This document shows positions 54,196 to 64,000 of a DNA stretch of 64,000 nt, in pieces. A program made the position numbers and the translations under genes. Source of the stretch: Eledone cirrhosa (Eukaryota). Positions within the stretch are counted from its first letter, which is position 1; every line of letters starts with the position of its first letter. Location: assembly GCA_964016885.1 (NCBI GenBank), contig OZ024740.1, positions 268,956,001 through 269,020,000 on the forward strand, written 5' to 3'. The notes under the pieces are model-generated. The model had not been told where the DNA came from. It did not search any database and was given only the letters and a program-made list of their open reading frames with translations.

Positions 54196-56029
54196 AGACT
54201 TTAGACGTTAGGGTAGACACTGGAAGCTATGCCAACATAACAGTAATCGAAAATAGGTGGCATGGGATTGCACGAAAAATGGTTTCAAAGCAACTATTCT
54301 TCGGGTTATGCCAATAAAAGAAGACAGGGATATTAACTCTCATTAACGGTTTACCATTGGCATGTCCCATCTCCTTCTCAGACATTGATAAGAAAAAAGC
54401 TTTATATGGCCAATATCTGACAAGACTGTGCAAAGCGGGTGTAGGTAAAGTAAAAGCCAAAAAACAAAGCAGGTTGCCAACACATTAATGCAAAATAAAT
54501 CCAGATGGTTTTAAAATATCTCTCTACGTCTGGCTTCTCAATGTCCTCACTTTGTGATCGAAATATATTCGAAGAAACATGCCCCATCGCTTCATCCGAT
54601 CAGACTAAACGATGGGTGCATCGCGTACCCGTAACGAAGGCGTGGAAATGAATATGATTCGGAATTCCTGATTTCATTTTGGTCGATTGGGGTACTGGTC
54701 ATGATGCAATTCCGTTACAGTTCTTAGGGTCTCTGATGTTATTGGTGGTCGTAACATCGCGGCCACTGTCACGGACATATGGCTTTCTAATTGAATGGTG
54801 CTTACATCTAACCTCCACAAATATCTAGAGCATGGACCACCTTCAGTTAGCAGCCTAGCTCATGAATTAACATATTATATGAAGATAATTGGAGACAATT
54901 GATTGAAAATGACTGTCGGCATCTATAAGAATACACTTCTAATTAACTAAAATGAAAATACTGACCTGAAATTGAATATCAGTGAAAGGTGTTGAACAGA
55001 AACACAGATGAATAATGCAAATGTCTGGAAACTATGATGAAAAATATTTCCTATCAACAAGTATAGAACAGATATTAAAAATGAAAAATAGCTCTAGAGA
55101 AATGTTCTTAAAACAATGAAAGAAAATGAAAATGTAACTAACTACTAACTAACACATCAAATAAATAACAGGAAATATGAATTCGCGTCCAGTATCTCAT
55201 GTGACTAAACAGTACTGGACCAGACTACGCACTGGCTCAAAATTATGACTAAGGGATTATTAATTGCTTCACAAGACCGAAGCTTTCCTCCCTAGACACT
55301 ATGAACAACAAACAATATAGTAACAAAACGAACATAGAAAGTAATGAATGGATGTGGGGAAATTTTTGTCAGCCATTTTATTTCTGGATGAAAGTTCTTA
55401 TGAAATTAGGGCATATATAAAAGAAAATCATTAGGCTACATATTGATTGGCGGAAACCTTCTGACAACGTCACCCACATGTGGATTTTGTAAACAATAAC
55501 GACGGGTAGGTTAGCACAATAATAGACAGATAAATCAATCATGCCAATAGCAAATCGGAAACATGTACGCGCAAAAATAAAAAGTGTATTATTTTGATAT
55601 GCCTTTTCCTCACTCTATATCTTTCGTAACCAGCCTGTTCAATTTGACCGTAAGAAATGTAGGTTTGGTGCTGCTGAGCAACTACCAATTTCCTGTGTAT
55701 GAATATGAAAAACTTACTGAATTTCGTATAGAGATTTATGGTAAAAATGAAATGAACAAATGAATCAAGGTCATTTTAAAGGAAGAAAGCCTCGATGCAA
55801 ATTCATAAACATGTGAGATAAAAGAAGATAAGATGATTAAACAGAAGACAGACATATATATTTATACATACACATAATAATAAATCAATAATCGTATAAA
55901 TATTCCAAATTGAAACTAATAAAAATTATTTATTATTTTCATCTGTCAAATAACTGTGCATGTATGATCATATTCTCAATATTAATTTGCATAAATGATC
56001 TAACTCTTCTAAAAATGAATTTTCGCTTT

Positions 56030-56610
56030 ACTCTACTATACTATACTGTATTATATTATACTATACTGTACTATACTATACCAAACTATACTGTACTATA
56101 CCATACTGTACTGTATTGTACTATACTGTACAACACTGTACTATACTATATTATATTATACTATACTATACTATGTTATACTATACTATACTATACTATA
56201 CTATACTATACTATACTATACTATACTATACTATACTATACTATACTATACTATGCTATACTATACTATAGTACGTGGGTCGGCTGAAAGGTTCATAGGC
56301 TGACCAAGATATACTCAGTGAATGACCAAATTTATTTTTCAACATAGTCCCTGGAAAGTTACAATTCAGTTATTAATAAGTGTTGAAATTAATGCATGCA
56401 AGATTTCATAGCACTAGCATCATTCCTTCATAGGCAGTCTATGAACCTTTTCGCCGACCCCCGTATACTATATTGTACTATACTATATTATACTTTACTA
56501 TTCTATATTATATTATACTATATATTATACTATATTATACTACAATATACTATATCATATTATACTATATTATACTATGCTATTATGCTGTACTATGTCA
56601 TAATATACTG
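56030..56610. repeat. (CTATA)n pentanucleotide microsatellite
   Basis: Read directly from the sequence; interrupted by a MITE. Confidence 0.9.
56274..56463. mobile_element. Mariner-type MITE
   Basis: TA CGTGGGTCGGCTGAAAGGTTCATAGGCTG ... CAGTCTATGAACCTTTTCGCCGACCCCCG TA. Confidence 0.8.
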
Positions 56611-57309
56611 TATGAGGCAAATGGTCTCTCTCTATTTGCTATAGTAACCAAATCTCGCTCAATACACATTCGCCAACGTATTAGTTAATAAAGTTGGAGT
56701 TACACTATTTCGGAAATTAAACAATTTTGTAAATAACAGATTGACCATACATCATACATGGAGTTATTCTATTTGCTGAATTATCTAAATAAAAATACTC
56801 ATCAAGTGAATAGGTATTCAAAATAAAAGCAAAACTCCATACTAATAGGTGAAGTGGGATAGATAAATAATATATAAAGATAAAATTATATAAGACCTCA
56901 GGATTCGAAACTTATAACTGTATATTGTATATGATACATCGAGTATTATGAATTAAATGAATAATATTAAACACGACAAGCAATAGTATTGTTGTTATGC
57001 AACCAAGCACACTGTGTTGATATCACAATAAATACAGAGAAGAGGTAAGAGGTCTTACGTCTTAATGGAGTCGTAGAAAGGGGGTGAGAGAGACAGGAAG
57101 GAGAAACAACTCCAGCAGAGGAATAATACAAACATTTCCTTCACTTTACAAATTTGATGCCTGCCAGATGATAGGTCAAAAATATGCTCAAAATTAAGAA
57201 AAAGAAATAAAACATATACATACGCACATACATACATACATGATGATGTCTGCCCCCTCGTTATCGAGTGTGGCCATTGCATGATATACAATTGTTAATG
57301 ATTATTAAT

Positions 57310-58428
57310 TAATTCTATTGTGCAATGCCTGTGCGTGAAGATATTTTTTAAAGTGAGGAAAGACTGTGCACTGAGCCAATCCCACTCTCTGAACGACAGT
57401 AGCTATAACCCGAAAAGAAGAAAAGATCAACATCATCGGTAACTACTGAGCCGAAGGTTTTATATCGGAGTTATCCCAGTTTCCTGAGTTGCCTTCTCCT
57501 AGAAGAATGCCCTGACAAAGGCTAGGGGTTTTTTACTCCCAGTTGTTTAACCGCGCGGTACATGTTTACACACTTTTGGATGGCTGTTGACTCTTATGAG
57601 TTCTTCCGCCATTTGTCAGGTTTTGTTTTTTGTTCTGCAGGGTGTCCAAACTCACCCTCCTTACCAAGTAAACTTGATGGGGTTGTCGGTTTAGTCGCCG
57701 ACGACCCGACCATGCGACAGGTTTTACTGGGTCACATGTTACTTACGCACATACATACATACATACATACATACATACATACATACATACATACATACAT
57801 ACATACATACATACATACATACATACATACATGCATACATACATACATACATGGTGGCTGCCAACTCGTTTTCGAGTACGGCTACTACTTTATATCAATG
57901 TAGGAGAACCCCTACCGATGCGCTGATCGAGTGTGACTTGAAAACTGTGGTACAAACACTACACTTGTGACAATTATTGACACATAGTGCTGGGACCATG
58001 GTACCATGTGACGACAAGTGCAGAGAGATCTCCAGATATAAAGCAATTCCTGTGCCGTGAAGCTTTTATAGTGAGCAAAGGCACTGCACAAAGCCAGTCC
58101 CACTCTCTTAACCAAGATGATATTTACCAAAATGAAGAACAAGTCAACATCATTGGATACCATCAGGGTTGCAGGTGTTATATTAGAGTTTTCCTTATCC
58201 TAGAATTCTGCCTTGACAAAGGCTAAGGTGTCATCTCTCTCGGTGATTTTGGATGGCCATTGACTCTTAAGAGCTCCTTTGCCCTGTTTGCCCTTTTTGA
58301 CAGGTTTTGTTTTTAGTCCTGCAGGATGTCCAAAGTCACCCTCCTCACCAAGAAACATTGGTGGGGTTGCCAGTTTAGTCGCCAACGACCCGACCATGTG
58401 ACAGGTTGTACTGGGTTACATGTTACTT
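57310..58428 (-). mobile_element. Two stacked short retroelements of the 38069 family (57310-57745 diverged; 57850-58428), separated by (CATA)n
   Basis: Reverse-complement homology to 38069-38670. Confidence 0.75.
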
Positions 58429-58477
58429 ACGCACATACATACATACAAACATACAAACATACATACATATATACATA

Positions 58478-58508
<31 letters not shown>

Positions 58509-58709
58509 CATACATACATACATACATACATACATACATACATACATACATACGTTAGAGATAAGGAAGAGCAATAGAACACTCCAATGAAAATAGCAAT
58601 CTAAACCAAACACAATAGACTTGATATTATTCATTGGGGCATTGAATAAATTTCATGCTCTGTTGTAAAGATCACCTGTCTTCAATACATTTTTCAAAAC
58701 AATATTGTT

Positions 58710-59533
58710 AAAAAGCTGACTGGGCTTGATTGACGGCCACCCAGCTCACTTTCTGCTGAGGAACAGCTTCGCCATGCTGAAGCTCCTCTATACACTCCGC
58801 AGCGCTCCGTGCTACACCCAGACATCTTTCCTCGCTGACCTCGATACTTGTATCCGAGCAGCAGCCGAGGAGATATGCAACTTCAAGTTTGACGACATAG
58901 GGTGGCAACAGGCCACTTTACCTCTCAGGTCCCCGATCACACTAGCTTTGCCGACGTTTCTTTCGTTGGTAAACTTGTGCCGCGTCCTCGTCAGCAAGGT
59001 TCTTCAAAACACAACATAACCCTCTGTGTTCAGAGAACGTGAGGCCGCCTGTGAGACGTGGGACCGGCTGGGACTTAGCCCAGTAGACCTCCCTCCTCCT
59101 TCACCTCCTGTTGACGTCAAGTCCCCCCAACGCACTTGGGTTGCCATCCAGTGCAGCCTGGCCTCAGACAGGCTCACGCGCCAGCTCGACCAGCCCCGCC
59201 TTGCTTGTTTTCGTGCAGCCTCCAAACCACACAGTGGTGCTGGCTCCATGCCCTGCCCTCCTTCTCCACTGGCACGCAGCTAGACAACCATAGCCAGCGC
59301 ATCGGCGTTTCCCTGAGGCTCGGCCTCCGGATCTGCCAGCCACACCAATGTCGCTGCGGTTCCACCGTGGACTCTTTCGGCCTCCACCCGCTTTCTTGTC
59401 ACCACAGTGCCAGCCGCATTCCACGCCATTCTGACCTCAACGCGGTCATTAAGCATGGCTTGGATGCTGCAGGCTTCCCTTCCCAGCTCGAGCCGGTGGG
59501 GCTGGATCGAGGGGACGGCAAAAGGCCAGATGG
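58710..59533 (+). mobile_element. CRE-clade-like non-LTR retrotransposon fragment (thumb, zinc knuckle, start of restriction-like endonuclease)
   Basis: WQQATLPLR, WLHALP, VSLRLGL, CRCGSTVDSFGLHPLSC, RHSDLN, EPVGL and KRPDG. GC-rich relative to the window. Confidence 0.8.
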
Positions 59534-59559
59534 CGATTTCGACAAGAAGATTCCGTTCC

Positions 59560-60290
59560 CTCTTGGTTCCGTGTAGCTTTGTTGTACAGTTCTTGTGTTA
59601 GCTGATTGATATTTTCCAGGGCTTGACATTTTCCAGCATTAAATTGCATGTTGTTATCCTCAGCCTATTTGTATATGGCATCCAGATCTTGTTGCAAAAG
59701 ATAGCATCAGTCGAGTTCTTGATTTCCTGTGTTACCTTCGCGTCATCAGCATAGCCAGTGAGGGATATTATATGTACTACAGAGGGCATGTCTGAAAAAG
59801 CCACCAAAATCCTTAGTGGCCCCAATAGCGTGCCCTGGGACATCCTACTTGTTATTGATGTTTCCTTTGAGAGGGCCCCATTGGCTGCAACATTCTGGCT
59901 TTTGTCTTTTAAGAAGTCATGCAGCCACTCACCTACTTTTCCAGTTCTACTGAATCTGTGTAGTTTGTGACATATCATTCCATGGTCGACCTAGTAAAAA
60001 GTCCTCGCAAAATCAACATATATCACATCCACATTTGAGCTGTCCAGCAGTTGTTTCAGTACTCAGGGGTAGTGTTGTACAAGCTGTGTAAGGCAGATTC
60101 TTCCCGGACGAAAGCCATGTTGAGTGTTAGTTAGGCGGTCATTTCCCTCAGGGAATGTGATCAGCTTCTTTCTGATCATTCGTTCCACGACATTACTGAT
60201 ATATTATGATGGGAGACATGCCTATTGTTTTTGGCCTCCGCTTTGCTTCCTTCTTTATGGATAGGGGATATTATGCCTTCTTTTAGCTCA
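59560..60290 (-). mobile_element. CR1/L2-group LINE RT fragment
   Basis: QHGFRPGR, VDVIYVDF, WLHDFL, SQGTLLGP, YADDAK and MQFNAGKC. Confidence 0.8.
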
Positions 60291-60460
60291 TACATTTTTA
60301 TATATATATGTATATATATGAAACACTTCTAGTCCTGTAGAATCTCATCTATATTAAAACTCTTATACTCTGCTATGTATTGAGTACCTTACTTACTGTG
60401 GTTACCTCCGATTCAACCCGGAATAACTTACCTATATATATATATAAATATATATATATA

Positions 60461-60539
<79 letters not shown>

Positions 60540-60544
<5 letters not shown>

Positions 60545-62125
60545 CAATGAAATTAAACACAAAACTGCTAAATCATTGTAAAACACATTATTTTACGATC
60601 GTTTCTGGGGGGGGGGGGGGTAGTTCCTTCAATTATTGATCTATGTAAAACATATTACAAAATATCATAGTAGGAAAAAAAATGCATACGTCTTCACTAC
60701 CCGCCGTCTTCAGAAATAATGAGCTTTGTTTATTGAGGAATACAAAAAAAAACATACATATGAATAAGTAAGGTTTTATAACCAGGTTGAAATTGACCAA
60801 TGTCAAGAATGGAAAGGTGCAGTATAAATCCTTAAGGTTTGTGGTAGTAGATGAAATAAATAGGTCATCAGTGGATAATGTATCACATGTCTTTTAAGAA
60901 AAGAAAAGGAAGTTGTTAGTGTAAATGGATTTAGACATATATAATAGTGTTGAAGGTCAAAGAAGATTAAGGTTGAAGAAAATGGTGTACTGAGATTAGT
61001 GTGTTACATCAAGTAGAATGGAATAGAACATTCTTAAAAAATTAGTTATTTTTTTATTGTGAGGAATAATTTGTTCTAAAAATATACTATAAAAATATAT
61101 ACATATGTACACCCACACATATAGGCATACATTTATGCATATACATACATATACTCACACAGAGATATACATATTCACACACACACATATAGTCGCACAT
61201 TTATTCACCTATATCATTTTCTATATTTGTTTAGTTGTATTTATAATATTCGAATGTCCTTCTAATTTTATGGTTACATACTAAAATTAATTCTTGTCTT
61301 TTATTTAATAGAGTGTCCTTCGATTTTATAATTTCAAAAATTTCTTGGGAACACAGTCCGCACTTGATAAGAAATAGTTCTCTTAAGAATCTTCCAAGTT
61401 AGGTTATATTTAATATTCTTCTTATTATAATTATAAACTGCTTCTGCTAAACAAGTGGTATTAGCTAATTTTGTGTTTCGGAAACTGTGGATGTGTGAAT
61501 AAAATCTCGATTTAAATGGATTAGAAGTGGATCCTATATAGGATAGATTAGAGTCCTTAATGGTGATTATGCATTTATATACTATATTATTAATTAAGCA
61601 ATTTCCATTTAAGGGCAATTATCCTTTATTCTACAATTACAACCGTTTGCATATAGGGTTTCAGATGTGCTATCCATATTATCAATAATAGTGCTAGTAT
61701 TTGTGTTTACCTTTTTATTTGGGAGAGAAGGATTTACAGTAGGGTGGTTGTAATCCGGATTATTGCTAGTTGGTGAAAATATATTTGATATAGAGTTTAT
61801 GGAATCATGGTTGTTTTGGACGCTATTAGTTAGATTGGGTATGTAAGTCTTAGTCCCTATTAAGGATGAATGAGGAAGATGGTAGTTGGTTGTAGTCTGC
61901 TATATTGCGCTGGTGAGGTGAGTGAGCGGATCTAGCAGGTAGGTATGCAGTAATATTCTGGTTACGCGTTGTAGTATTACCATAGTTATCTAGTGTGTGG
62001 TGTGCTATTGTGTGTGGTATAGATGGAGATTTTTTACATTTATAGATGTTATATGCTCTTTGCTCGATGTGGAGTAAGAAAATGTTACTGTATAGTTTAC
62101 TGTATAACGGTTTAGACCCTACCAT
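60540..62125 (-). mobile_element. Penelope-like element 3' part (GIY-YIG, 3' UTR and HHR) ending at (TA)n
   Basis: ORF 61334..61618: PLNGNCLINNIVYKCIITIKDSNLSYIGSTSNPFKSRFYSH...TCLAEAV. Confidence 0.85.
60587..60720 (-). ncRNA. Hammerhead with long helix II, family H3
   Basis: Reverse complement: AUUAUUU, CUGAAGA, ..GGGUAGU...ACUACCC.., GAAA, CGAUCG, UA|AAAUAAU. Helix I is 7 perfect bp. Confidence 0.8.
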
Positions 62126-62181
62126 TGAGTGGTAGATTTATCTGTATATATATATATAAAGTAATAATAATAGTAATAATA

Positions 62182-62258
62182 ATAATTGTTTCTACTTTTG
62201 GCACAAGGCCAGCAATTACCCAGTGCATTACTGGTACTTTATTTTATCGACCCCTACG
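62182..62258 (-). mobile_element. SINE family A, 3' fragment
   Basis: AATTGTTTCTACTTTTGGCACAAGGCCAGC...TATCGACCCC. Confidence 0.7.
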
Positions 62259-63134
62259 TTTATTGAGTATATTGAGTAGTGACACGCGTGTTGCTATTGA
62301 TCAGCTGAAGGTTCTATTTGTATCCATCTAACCGACTCTGGAATCAAAAGCTCGTCGGATCTCTGTTGTGATAACTAATTCTGTCATTACCACAACAGTT
62401 GTGTAGGTTTGTTCCATTTTCAACAAATTTCCCCCGACAGAATTTGGGTATATTAGTTGCTAGTTTTGTTGAAAACTTTGGCCAGAAAAAGAAAGCTTAA
62501 AGCCCCCAGTATCTTCCTATTTAGTGCAGCGCATAGCGGACATTCAGTTTATTTAAAATGCCAGCATGTTTGACCTTTGGTACTAAGGGTGCCGATAGCC
62601 GTCAAAATGTTGTCATCCAAAAGGTAAAGGTCATTTAAAAAGAAACATACAGATTTTTTAGTAATGTAGAAATAACATTATCACACTGCTAAAAATTAAC
62701 ACTACTATGAACATTACCAATAACAAAAATAATAAAACCACCACCACCATCACCACCACTAACAACAACAACTACAACGATAATTTCCTTCTTGTTTTTA
62801 TTTGAAAAGATTTTCTGGCTTTTCTAACTTCAATAGAAAAGTAGAGACACAAATAACAATAAGTAATGCCGAAAGACATGGGAAAATAAAAATAAAAATA
62901 TCGGAAATGGAGAAGAAACGGCTGCAAATGATGGTGTTACTGTTATCACCACTGTGAAAAGCGCCTCTTCCCGGACCTCAATTTGAAAATATCATGGTGA
63001 AATATAGTCAATTAAAGTGTCACAAATACTGTTTTTTGTCCATACATTTTAAGAAAAAAATTTAAACAAACAAGTCATTTCTCTGGGTAATAATTATGAT
63101 GCGACACAGAAATAACAAGATAATTTTGAAAAAT

Positions 63135-63222
63135 TAATTGTTTCTATTTTAGGCACAAGGCCAGCAATTACCCAGTACATTACTGGTACTTTATTTTATC
63201 GACCCCGTAAGGATGAAAGGAA
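63135..63222 (-). mobile_element. SINE family A, 3' fragment
   Basis: GGCACAAGGCCAGC...ATCGACCCCGTAAGGATGAAAGG. Confidence 0.7.
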
Positions 63223-63619
63223 AGTATAAACCAAAAGAAGAGCACAGATAAACATATCTTGCAGTTAAGGAAGCAGCAAGAAAAAACAAGAAAAATAACC
63301 ACCGCCACCACCACAACTACAGAACAACAAAAACAATAACAGTAGAAGTAGTAACAAGAGTAAGATCAACAAGAATAACAACAACAATAAAAAAACAATA
63401 ATAATTCTTACCTTGTTGGCAACTAGGGTCGAAACCTAAAGGACAATACAAGGAACTGGGGTAATGGAGAGATACACAAAATAACGTGTTAAAAATATTG
63501 AAAACAGGAAAAAATTAGCAATAAATTAATAACAGATTTCCTCATAGGAAACATATCAACCAAGGCTTTTTTAGGAACCTCACACATCTGAAACCATCCT
63601 GATGATATCTAAAAACACA

Positions 63620-64000
63620 TTATGAATGTGCCCCTCTCCTCCCTTTGCTCCCCAACCAACAGGTGCATTTTTAGAGTAGGCACATTTACTTATGACATAC
63701 TCGCTACATTTACCTACTTCTTAAATATACTGTGGAGCAACACTTCCCTTTCCACCCCCACCTTCCTTTCCAAGTGAAACTTGAAAAGGTTGATCAGAGC
63801 TTGGCAGAAGAGGAATATATCTGTCTTCTGTCCTTTCAGTCGCGTCCACCACACATCTTTCACCACAAGCAACAAACAGAAGAAAGCTAGCTTCCCTTTC
63901 CGGCCCAAAGAAAGCGGTGGGTTTTCTTCACGTTAGAGTCGGCATCCCGCATGCAACAATAGTTGTTCGACAACACTCCACAAGTAATCAATGAATATGT
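63620..64000 (-). mobile_element. L1/Tx1-like ORF2 C-terminus
   Basis: VKDVWWTRLKG...FKFHLERKVGVERE, homologous to 5453..5788. Confidence 0.6.

Noticed and set aside
54200-55620. Possible L1-like and R4-like LINE remnants
   Set aside because: Only scattered weak motif fragments; needs an HMM search.
63599-63630. CTGATGA near the L1/Tx1 tail
   Set aside because: No helix II or GAAA arrangement.

Overview
AT-rich, microsatellite-dense animal genomic DNA. The SINE families and repeat style suggest a coleoid cephalopod such as Octopus; this is an inference, not a database result. I find one intact host gene, an intronless class A (rhodopsin-like) peptide GPCR at 23036-24082 (+), inside a ~3.4 kb island without recognisable transposons. 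The rest is transposon debris: Penelope-like elements (PLEs, GIY-YIG), RTE, L1/Tx1, CR1-like, CRE-like and RNase H-bearing LINEs, a decayed Helitron, a hAT/Buster remnant, mariner MITEs, tRNA-derived SINEs, a tRNA-Ser pseudogene and a 38-bp minisatellite. Most listed ORFs are microsatellite artefacts. The main hidden signal is about 26 type I hammerhead ribozyme (HHR) folds, intact or single-site degenerate, from at least 10 sequence families on both strands. They lie in short fold-back or tandem modules that almost always abut (TA)n tracts, and three lie sense and downstream of GIY-YIG ORFs. One tandem pair shows compensatory base changes and would excise a 628-nt retrozyme-like RNA. One family is repeatedly inverted at ribozyme helix II. 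HHRs in PLEs and retrozymes are established; the density, diversity and fold-back geometry here are what merit follow-up. All folds and coordinates were derived by eye and may be off by a few bases.
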